From the NCBI GenBank assembly GCA_963810875.1, contig CAWEPD010000006.1, forward strand, positions 260,078-324,077: a stretch of DNA of 64,000 nucleotides, in the 5' to 3' direction. Position numbers and translations under genes: made by a program. This stretch comes from an uncultured Gaiellaceae bacterium (GTDB lineage Bacteria > Actinomycetota > Thermoleophilia > Gaiellales > Gaiellaceae). Below the pieces are notes generated by a model that saw nothing but the letters and a program-made list of their open reading frames with translations, did not search any database and was not told where the DNA came from. Positions 36,402 through 47,146 of this stretch are shown here, piece by piece (position 1 is the first letter of the stretch; each line of letters begins with the position of its first letter).

Positions 36402-37901
36402 ATGGATCCCGGAGCCGTCCTCACGCCGGAAGCAGTGGACTTCCTGACCCGGCTGCAGCGCAGGTTCGGCCCGCCCCGCGAGGCGCTGCTCGAGGCTCGC
36501 GCCGTTCGAGCGGAGCGACTCCGCAACGGAGAGCTGCCGGACTTCCTACCCGAGACGAAGGAGGTGCGGGAGGGTGACTGGCGCGTCGCTCCCGTCCCCG
36601 CCGAGCTGCAGGACCGGCGGGTCGAGATCACCGGGCCGGTCGACCGGAAGATGGTGATCAACGCGCTCAACTCGGGCGCGAGGATGTTCATGGCCGACTT
36701 CGAGGACTCGAACTCGCCGACGTGGCGGAACTGCCTCGAGGGCCAGGTGAACCTGACGGACGCGCTCGCGCGGACGATCTCGCTGGATACCGGGGAGAAG
36801 CAGTACGCGCTCGACGACGAGATCGCGACGCTCCTCGTCCGCCCGCGCGGCTGGCACCTCGAGGAGCGGCATTTCGAGGTCGACGGCGCCCCGATCTCGG
36901 CGAGCCTCTTCGACTTCGGCCTCTACTTCCTCCGCAACCACGCCCAGGGCGGCCGCTTCTTCTACCTGCCGAAGCTCGAGAGCCACCTCGAGGCGCGGCT
37001 CTGGAACGACGTCTTCGTCTGGGCCCAGGACGAGGTCGGGGTGCCGCAGGGGACGATCAAGGCCACCGTCCTGATCGAGACGATCCTGGCCGCCTTCGAG
37101 ATGGACGAGATCCTCTCCGAGCTGCGCGAGCACTCGGCCGGGCTGAACGCGGGCCGCTGGGACTACATCTTCAGCGTGATCAAGAAGCTCGGCCACCGGC
37201 CCGAGTTCGTGCTCCCCGACCGCGCCGCGGTGACGATGGCGGTGCCGTTCATGCGCGCCTACTCGGAGCTGCTCGTCAAGACGTGCCACCGCCGCGGCGC
37301 GCACGCGATCGGCGGGATGGCGGCGTTCATCCCCTCCCGCCGCGACCCCGCCGTCAACGAGCTCGCGCTCGCGAAGGTCCGCGAGGACAAGGAGCGCGAG
37401 GCCGGCCAAGGCTTCGACGGCACGTGGGTCGCGCATCCCGATCTCGTCCCTGTGGCGATGGAGATCTTCGACCGCGTGCTCGGCGAGCGGCCGAACCAGG
37501 TCGAGCGGCAGCGCGACGACGTGACGGGATCCGCCGCGGCCTTGCTCGACGTGGCCTCGACGCCCGGCGAGATCACCGAGGAAGGACTGCGCAACAACGT
37601 CTCCGTCGGGATCCAGTACCTGGCCGCGTGGCTCCGGGGATCCGGCGCGGTGGCGATCTTCAACCTGATGGAGGACGCGGCGACCTCGGAGATCTCACGC
37701 TCGCAGGTGTGGCAGTGGCTCCTCCACGGCAAGGTCGAGCGGGCGGACGTCGAGCGCGTGCTGGACGAGGAGGTTGCGAAGCTGGACGGCGACTACGCCG
37801 AGGCGCGCGCGCTCTTCGAGCAGGTCGCGCTGACCGACGAGGGCGCGGGCGGCGAGTTCGTCGAGTTCCTGACGCTGCCCGCGTACGAGCGGCTCGACTG
37901 A
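36402..37901 (+). CDS. aceB: malate synthase A
   Basis: 499 aa with [36 protein letters not shown] and [10 protein letters not shown] segments. Confidence 0.92.
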   Translation: MDPGAVLTPEAVDFLTRLQRRFGPPREALLEARAVRAERLRNGELPDFLPETKEVREGDWRVAPVPAELQDRRVEITGPVDRKMVINALNSGARMFMADFEDSNSPTWRNCLEGQVNLTDALARTISLDTGEKQYALDDEIATLLVRPRGWHLEERHFEVDGAPISASLFDFGLYFLRNHAQGGRFFYLPKLESHLEARLWNDVFVWAQDEVGVPQGTIKATVLIETILAAFEMDEILSELREHSAGLNAGRWDYIFSVIKKLGHRPEFVLPDRAAVTMAVPFMRAYSELLVKTCHRRGAHAIGGMAAFIPSRRDPAVNELALAKVREDKEREAGQGFDGTWVAHPDLVPVAMEIFDRVLGERPNQVERQRDDVTGSAAALLDVASTPGEITEEGLRNNVSVGIQYLAAWLRGSGAVAIFNLMEDAATSEISRSQVWQWLLHGKVERADVERVLDEEVAKLDGDYAEARALFEQVALTDEGAGGEFVEFLTLPAYERLD

Positions 37902-37909
37902 GTCGGCGG

Positions 37910-39757
37910 ATGCGACCTGGACCCGGGCTCACGGCTGCCCTGCTCGCGCTGGCGCTCCTCGCCGTCGCCCCGACCGCTGAGGCACTCCCCGGCTGGGCGA
38001 GATACGCCCCTGTCACCGAGAGGCCGCCGGGCTTCACGCCGCGCACGCTTCGAGCGGGAGCATCGATCGACGTGGACTTCGGACGGGAGGTCGCGGGACA
38101 TCTCATCCTGCGGTTCGGCGGCGTCACCCCGGGAACGGTCGTGGCGGTCACCCACTCGGAGACGGGCGGACACCTCCGCGACGAGCGCTCCGACTACTCC
38201 CGTCGCGAGCCCGTGGATCGCCGGATGCCGGAGTCCGGGGAAACGTGGCGAGCCGCTCCCGGCTGCCAATTCGGCGACTTCTGCTCGGACGGGTTCCGGG
38301 CATTTCGCGTCGTCCGCATCAGGATCGAGCGAGGTGCGGCGGAACTGGCCGAGATCCGGGTCGCCCTCCCGGCCGCCGTCCATGCTCCTCCCGACGGCTG
38401 GTTTCTCTCCTCTAACGAAGAGCTGAATCGGATCTGGTACGGCTCCGCCTACACCGTTCAGCTCAGCACCGGCCCGTTCGAGGCTCTTGCCTCCGATCCC
38501 CGGGGCTGCCCGGTTCCCGAGGGTCTCGAGATCGTGACCGACGGAGCGAAACGGGATCGCTGTCCGTGGCTCGGCGACCAGGCGGTGATCGCGGCGACGA
38601 TGCTCGCGTACAGGCGCGACGTCACGCCGGTCGAGAACACGCTTGCGCTCCTCGCAGCACGACAGCAGGAGGACGGCTTCATCCCGTCGAGTCCGACCGC
38701 GAACTGGAGCATCGAGTTGTTCGACTACTCGTTCTACTGGGTGCTCGCGCTGCGCGACCTCTATCTGCACCGAGCAAACCGGCGTTACCTCCAACGCTCG
38801 TGGCCTGTCCTCGAAGGCGTACTCGATCGCTTCGTGCCGAAGCACACGGGTGCAGATGGCGTGCTCGTCAACACGAAAGGCAGCGACTACGCCTTCCTCC
38901 GCCGGCAGGGAAACGTGGTTGCGTACCACAACGCGCTCGCGCTGAATGCGCTCCGGGCGGGGGTCGAGCTCGCAACCTTCCGCGGCTCCGTCGCTTCGGC
39001 GCGTCGGTGGGCCGATCGGGCCGACCGGCTCGCGAAGGCGATCTCCCGCTCGTTCTGGGACGAGGCGGCGGGCGCCTTCCTCGATACGACTGCTCGCGCG
39101 GACATCCACCCTCAGGATGGGAACGCATTCGCGGCTCTCGCCCGTCTGCCCGGCTCGCTCCGTGCGCTCGACCATCTGGCCCGGCACAACGCAAAGCCGT
39201 GGGGCAACTCGATTGCCGACAACGACGGCTTCGACGACTGGGCCTGGGGGTTCGACTCGAGCGAACGGGTCTATCCCTTCATCAGCTACTTCGAGAACCG
39301 TGCGCGCTTCGAGCACGGGCTCGACGAGTCCGCGCACGACCAGCTGCGGCGCACCTGGGGATTCATGGTCGACCCGCTCAAGGGTGGTCCGGGGACGATG
39401 TGGGAGGCGATCGGCCAGTTTGGCTCGATCGACGGCTACCAGGGCTCGTCCTCGAGCATGGCCTCGGGCTGGTCTTCCGGCGGCGCACCTCTGCTGACGC
39501 GCTACGTCCTCGGCGTGCGACCGACGAGACCCGGTTACGAATCCTTCGTGATCGAGCCGCACCTGGGAGCGATCGCGTGGGTCCGAGGTGCGGTTCCGAC
39601 CCCGCGAGGGCCGATCACCGTCGACGTGCGCAGGGTCGGCGCCAGGATACGGATCGTGGCGCGGTTTCCGGCCGGATTGAAGGGCGCCGTCGCGCTCCCG
39701 GGCCGTAGCTCGAAGCCGCTGAGGAACAACGTGCCGATCGTGCTTCCGCAGTCGTAG
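37910..39757 (+). CDS. secreted six-hairpin glycosidase, alpha-L-rhamnosidase (GH78)-like
   Basis: The 615-aa protein starts MRPGPGLTAALLALALLAVAPTAEA. It has a TDGAKRDRCPWLGDQ motif and a C-terminal beta-sandwich region. The part of the track ORF upstream of 37910 is off-frame over aceB. Confidence 0.7.
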   Translation: MRPGPGLTAALLALALLAVAPTAEALPGWARYAPVTERPPGFTPRTLRAGASIDVDFGREVAGHLILRFGGVTPGTVVAVTHSETGGHLRDERSDYSRREPVDRRMPESGETWRAAPGCQFGDFCSDGFRAFRVVRIRIERGAAELAEIRVALPAAVHAPPDGWFLSSNEELNRIWYGSAYTVQLSTGPFEALASDPRGCPVPEGLEIVTDGAKRDRCPWLGDQAVIAATMLAYRRDVTPVENTLALLAARQQEDGFIPSSPTANWSIELFDYSFYWVLALRDLYLHRANRRYLQRSWPVLEGVLDRFVPKHTGADGVLVNTKGSDYAFLRRQGNVVAYHNALALNALRAGVELATFRGSVASARRWADRADRLAKAISRSFWDEAAGAFLDTTARADIHPQDGNAFAALARLPGSLRALDHLARHNAKPWGNSIADNDGFDDWAWGFDSSERVYPFISYFENRARFEHGLDESAHDQLRRTWGFMVDPLKGGPGTMWEAIGQFGSIDGYQGSSSSMASGWSSGGAPLLTRYVLGVRPTRPGYESFVIEPHLGAIAWVRGAVPTPRGPITVDVRRVGARIRIVARFPAGLKGAVALPGRSSKPLRNNVPIVLPQS

Positions 39758-39758
39758 G

Positions 39759-40388
39759 CTAGTCGCCGGCGACGAAGAACTGCCAGTCGCCGTCCGCGGT
39801 GATCGCGGTGCGATAGCCGAGGTAGCCGCCCGCGCCGGCGGGGCTGCGCATCTGGTCGACGTCCGCCTGGGAGTAGAGCCCCGAGTCGACGAGCGCCTGC
39901 CAGGCCTCGTCACTCGGCGATTCCTCGTAGGCGGTCGGCCAGGCGTAGGAGCCCGATTCGTTGCGGGTGAACGGCATGGCGAGGATGGTCGCGAGCGCGC
40001 GCATCGGCAGCGGCTCGTCGGTTCCCGCCTCCTCGACGCGACGCCAGTGCTCGGCCGCCGAGGTGCCGCCGCCGTAGCTGAAGGTAAACCCCTCCCCACG
40101 CTCGAGCGCCAGACGTTCGAGCTCGTCGTAGTCGCACGCGATCGCCGCGTTCCAGATCGCTCGTCGCACCTCGGCGACCGGTTCGGGCAGCTCCTGCTCG
40201 GGCAGCGTCGCCCTGAGCGCCGAGGTCGAGCAGGTCGTCTCGGGCGCCGGCGGCGGGGCCGTCTCCGTGACGGTCTCGGTCTGCGTGACCGTGACGGTCG
40301 CAGGCGGCGCGGCGGCCTCGTCCGACGCGGACTCCGAGCCGCAGCCGGCGAGCGTGAGCGCAACGAGGAGGGCGAGCGTGATCCTCAC
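39759..40388 (-). CDS. lipoprotein, function unknown
   Basis: Lipobox LTLAGCGS after VRITLALLVA and a Thr/Pro-rich linker. The GTG start overlaps the stop of the TPP enzyme gene (GTGA). Length is 209 aa. Confidence 0.7.
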   Translation of the reverse strand: MRITLALLVALTLAGCGSESASDEAAAPPATVTVTQTETVTETAPPPAPETTCSTSALRATLPEQELPEPVAEVRRAIWNAAIACDYDELERLALERGEGFTFSYGGGTSAAEHWRRVEEAGTDEPLPMRALATILAMPFTRNESGSYAWPTAYEESPSDEAWQALVDSGLYSQADVDQMRSPAGAGGYLGYRTAITADGDWQFFVAGD

Positions 40389-42076
40389 GCAGACTCCGTT
40401 CGCTCCGGCTCGGCGCGACCCTCTCGGAGCGCCGTGAGCGTGGCCTGCGGGGTGATGCCCTCGGGGTCGATTCGCAGGTGGAGGAGCGCCGGCCTGCCGG
40501 CCGAAAGGGCGCGCTCGAGTGCGGGCGCGAACTCGTCGGTTCGCTCGACCGTCTCGCCGTGCGCTCCGAAGGATCGCGCGAAGGCGGCGAAGTCGGGATT
40601 CGTGAGCGACGTGCCGACGACCCGGCCGGGATAGTCGCGCTCCTGGTGCATGCGGATCGTCCCGTACATCCCGTTGTCGACGACGAGCACGATCACGGTG
40701 GCGTCCTCGTGCACGGCCGTGGCGAGCTCCTGCCCGCTCATCAGGAAGTCGCCGTCCCCGGCGATGCAGACGACGGTTCGCTGCGGCTCGGCGATCTTCG
40801 CGGCGATCGCCGCGGGGAGTCCGTAGCCCATCGCCCCGCTCGTCGGCGCGAGCTGGGTCCGGTAGCCGCGGAACGGGAAGAAGCGGTGGGCCCAGACGGC
40901 GAAGTTGCCGGCGCCGTTCGTCAGGATCGCGTCGTCGGGAAGCCGCTTGCGCAGCAGGGTCACGACCTCGCTCAGGTTGAGCGCGCCGGGCGGCGAGACG
41001 GGCTCGAGCGTCGCGAGGTAGTCCGAGCGGGCAGCCTCCACCCAGGCGCGGCGAGCGGGGGGAGCGGGAGCTTGTGCGTAAGAAACACAAGCCTCGCGTA
41101 CGGCCGTCGCGAACTCGGGCGAGCTCGCATGGATCGGCAGGGCGGTCTGGAAGACGCGGCCGAGCTCCTCGGCGCCCGCATGGACGTGCACGAGCGTCTG
41201 GCGGGGGAGCGGCGGCTCGACCAGCGTGTAGCCGCCGGTCGTCATCTCCCCCAGCCGGGCGCCGACGACGAGCAGCAAGTCGGCGTCGCCGACGCGCCGG
41301 GCGAGCGCCGGATCGATCCCAACTCCGACGTGGCCCGCGTAGACGCGCGAGCGGTTGTCGACGTAGTCCTGGCAGCGGAAGGACGTCCCGACGGGCAGCT
41401 CGCTCGCCTCGCAGAACGCGAGGAGGTCACCTGCGGCGCCGGCGCTCCAGCCCCCTCCGCCGGCAATCGCGAAGGGGCGCTCGGCCCGCTCGATCAGCCC
41501 GCGCAGCCGCTCGAGCTCGGCCGCGCCCGGATGCGTCCGCACACGCACGTACGGGCGCGCGTCGGCGACCTCGACCTCGTCGGCGAGCATGTCCTCGGGC
41601 AGCGCCAGCACGACCGGCCCGGGCCGGCCGGCGGTCGCGACCGTGAAGGCGCGGGCGAGGAGCTCCGGGATCCGCGAGGCGGTCTCGATCTGCGCGACCC
41701 ACTTCGCCATCGGGTTGAACATGCGCCGGTAGTCGAGCTCCTGGAAGGCCTCACGATCCTGCATGTCGCGACCGACCTGGCCGATCAGGAGGATCAGCGG
41801 CGTCGAGTCCTGATCCGCCGTGTGCACGCCGATCGAGGCGTGCGTGGCGCCGGGCCCGCGCGTGACGAGGCAGATCCCCGGCTCCCCCGTGAGCTTGCCG
41901 TGCGCCTCGGCCATGTTCGCCGCGGCCGCCTCGTGCCTGCAGGTGACGAGCCTGATCGGCGCGTCGTGGAGCGCGTCGAGCACGGGCAGGTAGCTCTCGC
42001 CCGGAACGCAGAACGCGAGCCCGACCCCGTGCAGCGCCAGCTGGTCGACCAGCACCTGACCGCCGGTGCGGGACAT
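40385..42076 (-). CDS. thiamine-diphosphate-dependent enzyme of the acetolactate synthase/2-oxoacid decarboxylase family
   Basis: 563 aa with an N-terminal Pyr domain (VPGESYLPVLDAL) and the TPP motif IAGDGDFLM...VVDNGMYG. Confidence 0.85.
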   Translation of the reverse strand: MSRTGGQVLVDQLALHGVGLAFCVPGESYLPVLDALHDAPIRLVTCRHEAAAANMAEAHGKLTGEPGICLVTRGPGATHASIGVHTADQDSTPLILLIGQVGRDMQDREAFQELDYRRMFNPMAKWVAQIETASRIPELLARAFTVATAGRPGPVVLALPEDMLADEVEVADARPYVRVRTHPGAAELERLRGLIERAERPFAIAGGGGWSAGAAGDLLAFCEASELPVGTSFRCQDYVDNRSRVYAGHVGVGIDPALARRVGDADLLLVVGARLGEMTTGGYTLVEPPLPRQTLVHVHAGAEELGRVFQTALPIHASSPEFATAVREACVSYAQAPAPPARRAWVEAARSDYLATLEPVSPPGALNLSEVVTLLRKRLPDDAILTNGAGNFAVWAHRFFPFRGYRTQLAPTSGAMGYGLPAAIAAKIAEPQRTVVCIAGDGDFLMSGQELATAVHEDATVIVLVVDNGMYGTIRMHQERDYPGRVVGTSLTNPDFAAFARSFGAHGETVERTDEFAPALERALSAGRPALLHLRIDPEGITPQATLTALREGRAEPERTESA

Positions 42077-42556
42077 CAGAGCCGGATCGAGCCCTGGGCG
42101 AGCGACTCGCTCACGGGATCGTCCGCGTCCACGAGCACCACCCGGACGACGGTCCCGCGCCCGGAGATCTCCGCCGGCTCCCGCCAGGCGCCGAAGGGCT
42201 GGACGAGCTCCCCGTCGACCGTCAGCTCACCGCGGAGAACGCAGCCGATCCCCGGGCCTGCCGCAGGCTCGGTGAGACCGCCCTCGCAGCGCATCACGTA
42301 GTCGGCCCACGGGTCGAGGTCGACCGGCACGCTCAGCTTCGCGTCGTCGACCGACCACTCCGTCAGCTCCCAGCGGAACGCGGTCGCACCGTCCGAGCCC
42401 GCCTCGAGCAGCGCCTCGTCGGAGCCGAACGCGGCCCCGCCCGCGTGCAGCGAGCCGAGCTCGCCCGAGGCGACGTAGACGATCCGGCCGCCCGCCGCGA
42501 GCGAGAGCTCCTCGCCCGGCGCGAGCAGAGTCCTCGTACAACGAGAGCACGGTCAC
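42076..42556 (-). pseudogene. hypothetical protein (~160 aa), one frameshift as assembled
   Basis: The GTG at 42556 overlaps the gabD stop (GTGA) and gives VTVLSLYEDS. Sense then continues in another frame (LLAPGEELSLAAGGRIVYVASGELGSLHAGG...PVDLDPWADYVMRCEGG...), which has no start codon of its own. The break is near 42530. The stop shares 1 nt with the TPP-enzyme ATG. Confidence 0.55.
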
Positions 42557-44022
42557 ACGGCTGCACCCTCGACACCGATGCAGACGTACTTGAGCTCGAG
42601 CCAGTCGTCGACGCCGTACTTCGACCCCTCGCGCCCGATTCCCGACTCCTTGATCCCCCCGAAGGGCGCCACCTCGGTCGAGATGATCCCGGTGTTGACG
42701 CCGAGGATCCCGTACTCGAGCGCCTCGGAGACGCGCCAGACCCGGCCGAGGTCGCGGCTGTAGAAATAGGCGGCGAGGCCGTACGGCGTGTCGTTCGCCA
42801 GCCGGACCGCCTCCGCCTCGCTCTCGAAGCGCTGGATCCCCGCGACCGGGCCGAAGGTCTCCTCGCAGCTCATCGCCATGCCGTTCGTGACGCCGGTGAG
42901 CACGGTCGGCTCGAAGAACGTCCCCTCGAGCCGCCTGCCGCCGCGGACGACTTCGGCGCCGGCGCCGGTTGCGTCGGCGACGTGGCGCTCGACCTTCTCG
43001 ACCGCGCCCTCGTCGATCAGCGGCCCGATCTGGACCCCGTCCTCGAGCCCGTTGCCGACCTGCAGCGCGGCGACGGCGGCGTCGAAGCGCTCGAGGAAGG
43101 CATCGTGGACAGCGGCCTGGACGAGGATCCGGTTCGCGGAGACGCACGTCTGGCCGGAGTTCCGGAACTTGCACATGATCGCGCCGGCGACGGCCGCGTC
43201 GAGGTCGGCGTCGTCGAAGACGACGAAGGGCGCGTTGCCGCCGAGCTCGAGCGAGACCTTCTTCACCTGGCCGGCGCACTGCTCCATCAGCAGCTTCCCG
43301 ATCTCGGTCGAGCCCGTGAACGAGAGCTTGCGCACGGCGGGGTTCGACGTCAGCTCGCCGCCGATCGTCGGCGCATCCTCTGCGTCTCCGGTGACGACCG
43401 AGAGCACGCCCGGCGGGACGCCCGCCTCCTCGGCGAGCCGGCAGAGCGCGAGCGCCGAGAGCGGCGTCTGCTCGGCCGGCTTCACGACCATCGTGCAGCC
43501 CACCGCGAGCGCAGGCCCCGCCTTGCGCGCGATCATCGCGGCCGGGAAGTTCCAGGGCGTGATCCCGGCGGTGACGCCGATCGGCTCGCGCAGGACGACG
43601 ATGCGCTTGTCGGCCTGGTGCGGCGGGATCGTGTCGCCGTAGACCCGCTTCGCCTCCTCGCCGAACCACTCGAAGAACGAGGCGGCGTAGGCGATCTCGC
43701 CCCGCGCCTCGGCCAGGGGCTTCCCCTGCTCGGTCGTGAGCAGGACGGCGAGGTCCTCCTGGTTTTCGAGCATCAGGTCGGAGAGGCGGCGGAGCACGAG
43801 AGCCCGCTCCTTGGCCGGCCGGGCCCGCCACTCAGGCAGAGCGCGCTCGGCAGCGGCGATCGCGCGGCGGGTCTCCTGGACGCCGCAGCGCGGCACGTTC
43901 GCGATCGTCTCGCCCGTCGCCGGGTTCCCGACCGGGAAGGTCGCGCCCGAGTCGGCGTCGATCCACGTCCCGTCGACGTAGGCCTGCTCCGCGAGGAAGC
44001 TCATGGGCTCGATGACGGCCAT
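42553..44022 (-). CDS. gabD: NAD(P)-dependent succinate-semialdehyde dehydrogenase (aldehyde dehydrogenase family)
   Basis: 489 aa with ITPWNFP, the catalytic Glu in VSLELGGNAP and the catalytic Cys in FRNSGQTCVSANR. Confidence 0.85.
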   Translation of the reverse strand: MAVIEPMSFLAEQAYVDGTWIDADSGATFPVGNPATGETIANVPRCGVQETRRAIAAAERALPEWRARPAKERALVLRRLSDLMLENQEDLAVLLTTEQGKPLAEARGEIAYAASFFEWFGEEAKRVYGDTIPPHQADKRIVVLREPIGVTAGITPWNFPAAMIARKAGPALAVGCTMVVKPAEQTPLSALALCRLAEEAGVPPGVLSVVTGDAEDAPTIGGELTSNPAVRKLSFTGSTEIGKLLMEQCAGQVKKVSLELGGNAPFVVFDDADLDAAVAGAIMCKFRNSGQTCVSANRILVQAAVHDAFLERFDAAVAALQVGNGLEDGVQIGPLIDEGAVEKVERHVADATGAGAEVVRGGRRLEGTFFEPTVLTGVTNGMAMSCEETFGPVAGIQRFESEAEAVRLANDTPYGLAAYFYSRDLGRVWRVSEALEYGILGVNTGIISTEVAPFGGIKESGIGREGSKYGVDDWLELKYVCIGVEGAAV

Positions 44023-44042
44023 GGTGAGAGGATAGTCCGCGC

Positions 44043-45039
44043 GTGATCGCGGACGCCCACACCGACCTGCTCATGGAGCTCGCCTACCGGGAGCACCGAC
44101 TCGGCGAGACCGACGTCTTCGCGCGGACGTGGCTGCCGCTCTTCGAGGCGGGCGGGGTCGGGCTCCAGATCTGCCCGATCTTCGTCCCGCTCGAGCACCA
44201 GCCGGAGGGAACGCTTCGGCACGCGCTCGGACAGGCGACCTCGTTCCACGCCGCCGCGCGCGAGAACCCGGAGCGGGTCTGCGTGATCCGGACCCGAGCC
44301 GACCTCGACGCGGTCGAGCGCGGCGAGCGGATCGGGCTCGTGCTCGCGCTGGAAGGGGTGGAGCCGTTCGGCTACGAGACCTGGGGCGTCGACCTCTTCT
44401 GGGAGCTCGGGCTCCGGGTCGCGGGGCTGACCTGGAACCGGCGGAACCCGTTCGCAGATGGCGCGGCCGAGGACGGCGGGCTGTCGGCGCTCGGGCGGAC
44501 GCTGCTCGACCGGTTGGCGCGGCGAGGCGTCGTCCTCGATCTCGCCCACGCCTCGGAGCGGCTCTTCTGGGAGTGCCTCGAGCGCTACACGGGCCGGGTC
44601 ACCGTGACGCACGCGGGCTGTCGCGCCGTCCACGACCATCCGCGCAACCTCTCGGACGAGCAGCTGCGCGCGCTCGGGGAGCGTGGCGGCCTCTTCGGGC
44701 TGATGCTCCACCCGCTCGCGATCGGCCCCGAGCAGCGCACGATCGAGCGCGTGATCGACCACCTCGACCACGCCGCGGGCGTGATCGGCTCCGACCGGCT
44801 CTGCCTCGGGGGCGACTGGACGGGCCGCCTCGCCGACTACGTGCCGCACGCCCCGATCCCGGACGCGCTGCTGCCGCCCGGCCTGGAAGAGGGCTCGTCG
44901 ATCGAAGGGCTCGCCGGCCACGAGGACTATCCGGCGCTCGTCGCCGCGCTCGGCGCGCGCGGCTGGGCAGAACGAGCGGCTCGACGGTCTGCTCTCGGGA
45001 AACCTGGTGCGGCTGCTCCGCGAGAGCCTGCCGGCCTGA
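44043..45039 (+). pseudogene. membrane dipeptidase (peptidase M19), one frameshift near the 3' end as assembled
   Basis: The N-terminus MIADAHTDLLMEL matches family M19. After ...ALGARGWAE the expected ending ERLDGLLSGNLVRLLRESLPA* is in the +1 frame. The break is near 44970 and the stop is at 45037..45039. Confidence 0.8.
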
Positions 45040-45179
45040 ATTTCACACTCTCGACACGCTCGCGACGCATTCGCGTAACAGGCTGCTCGATAGCGTTCGT
45101 GTTGGGAGCTTCGCTCCCCCAGTTGGGGGATCCTGGACCGACACCCTTGGTTTCCGAGCTTGCGTCCATACGATGACGC

Positions 45180-45911
45180 TTGGTGGGACTCGAGGATCGC
45201 GACTGGTATCGGCAGGAGAGCCAGAGTCGCGGTTCGCGTAGCCACGGGATCTCCGGGCTCGCCGTCGTAGCGGTCATCGTCGTCGGCCTGATCGTCGCCG
45301 GAGTCGTCAAGCAGCAACTCGACGGCCCCGCTGCAACCTACGGCGCGGCGCGAACGGAGCATTCGTCCGGTACGAAGCTCTCGATCGCGCCCGGCCTACC
45401 CGCCGTCACGATCGGTGGTGACGCGCTCTACCCCAAGGATGATCCGTGGAAGGCGTATCTGGCCGACGAGCGGACGTGTCCCGGAGGTGAGCGCTCCGAC
45501 GTGCCCCTCGCCGCCCAGGCGGCCACGATGGTGTGCCTCGTCAACCACGCCAGGAGCGAACGCGGGCTTCAGCCACTCATGGCGAGTGGACTCCTGAACG
45601 GAGCGTCGCTGCTCAAGAGCGCGCGGATCGTGCGCTGCCAGGACTTCAACCACGATGCCTGCGGCCAAGACCCAGCCGGAGACGCTCGAGCCGCCGGATA
45701 CCGAGCATCGTGGGGCGAGAATCTCTACATCGCGAGTGCCCCGCTGGCCTCGCCTCGCGTCGCCCTCGATCGATGGCTCAATTCGGACGGCCATCGCGAG
45801 AACCTGTTTCGCCCGGAGTGGCGGACTCAGGGCGTCTCGGTTCAGAAGGTCGACAGGTTCGGTCGCGACAAGGACGTGACCCTCTGGGTCAACCAGTTCG
45901 GGGAGAGCTGA
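45180..45911 (+). CDS. membrane-anchored CAP/SCP-domain protein
   Basis: TM helix GLAVVAVIVVGLIVAGVV, and CAP motifs VNHARSERGLQPL, GENLY and WLNSDGHRENL. The start is TTG or GTG at 45180/45183. Confidence 0.8.
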   Translation: MVGLEDRDWYRQESQSRGSRSHGISGLAVVAVIVVGLIVAGVVKQQLDGPAATYGAARTEHSSGTKLSIAPGLPAVTIGGDALYPKDDPWKAYLADERTCPGGERSDVPLAAQAATMVCLVNHARSERGLQPLMASGLLNGASLLKSARIVRCQDFNHDACGQDPAGDARAAGYRASWGENLYIASAPLASPRVALDRWLNSDGHRENLFRPEWRTQGVSVQKVDRFGRDKDVTLWVNQFGES

Positions 45912-45929
45912 CGCTGGTTGAATGAACGA

Positions 45930-45957
45930 TGCGGGGCCCGCCACAACGAGCCCCGCA
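45930..45957. terminator. hairpin between convergent genes
   Basis: TGCGGGGC-12 nt loop-GCCCCGCA, located 19 nt after the CAP-domain gene stop. Confidence 0.35.
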
Positions 45958-46053
45958 GAGGCAACCTATGCCGGATGTGACGAGCCGCGCCAGTCCGTAG
46001 CGGCCCATCTTCGGCACTCGCCAGACCCATCTTCAGGAAAGCCATCGGCGCGG

Positions 46054-47146
46054 CTACGGCGCGACGAGCACGCGGCCGGGCGACCCCGCGAGGCTCGCCT
46101 GGAACGCGTCGTCGGAGCGCTCGAGCGGGAAGCTCGGGCCGACGAGGCTCTCGAGCTCGAGCTCGCCGGCGGCAGCGAGCTCGAGGAGCCGCGGGAGGGC
46201 GACGGCCGGGTCGTCGGAGCCGTAGATCGTGCCGGTGAGCGTCTTCTCGCGGTTCGTGAAGTCGAGCGGATCGAGCGTCAGCTTCGCGCCTGCGGCCGGA
46301 AGCCCGACCACGACGGTCGTGCCGCCGCCGCGCGTCCAGCGCAGCCCGAGCGCCGTCGTCTCCGGGGCGCCGACCGCGTCGAAGACGTAGTCGACGCCCT
46401 CCGGGTCGAGCGCCCGCACGGCCTCCTTCACGTCCTCCGGCGCGCAGGCGGCGGTCGCGCCGAGCCGGAGCGCCTGCTCGCGCCGGCCCTCCACGGGATC
46501 GACGACGAGGATCTCGGCCGCTCCCGCGATGCGCGCGCCCTGGACGACGAACTGACCGACACCCCCGGCGCCGAGCACGAGCGCCGTGAAGCCGGGCTCC
46601 GGGCGCGCCGCGTTGAGCACGGCGCCGACGCCGGTCAGGGCTGCGCAGCCGAGCAGCGCCGCCTGCTCGAGCGGGATCGCCTCTCCGAGCGGGAGCGCCG
46701 CACCGGCGGCCACGACGAGCCGCTCCTGGAGGGCACCGGTGGCCGTGCCCGCGGTAGACCGTCTCCCCCTCGAACGAGATCCCCGTGCGGCCGTCGAGGA
46801 GGGTGCCGCGGCCGAACGCGGTCGAGAGCGGCGCGCACGCCGCAGGCCGTTGCCGCCGGCACGCCGAGCACTCGCCACACGCCGGCGCCCACGAGAGGAC
46901 GACGCGGTCGCCGGCCCGGACGCTCGTCACGTCCTCGCCGACCTCTTCCACGATCCCGGCGCCTTCGTGGCCGAGCACGATCGGTGTCGGCCGATCCCAC
47001 TCTCCCTTGTAGGAATGGAGATCGGTGCCGCAGACGCCGACGGCGGCCATCCGCACGACGACCTCGCCGCCGCGCGGCTCCTCGAGCTCGACCTCGCGCA
47101 CCTCGAGCCGTCCCGGTTCGAACATCAGCGCCGCGCGTGTCTTCAC
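46054..47146 (-). pseudogene. zinc-type alcohol dehydrogenase (MDR family), one frameshift as assembled
   Basis: The N-terminus VKTRAALMFEPG...CGTDLH...GHEGAGIVEEVG...CGECSAC is in one frame. The C-terminus TATGALQERLVV...LVLGAGGVGQFVVQGA... is in another, with the break near 46755. The GTG start overlaps the SDR stop (GTGA). Confidence 0.8.

Noticed and set aside
42076-42330. A stand-alone 84-aa ORF called from an internal GTG.
   Set aside because: The same frame stays open and protein-like for another ~65 codons upstream without any start codon. A GTG overlapping the gabD stop opens in the adjacent frame. A single frameshifted ~160-codon gene explains the data better.
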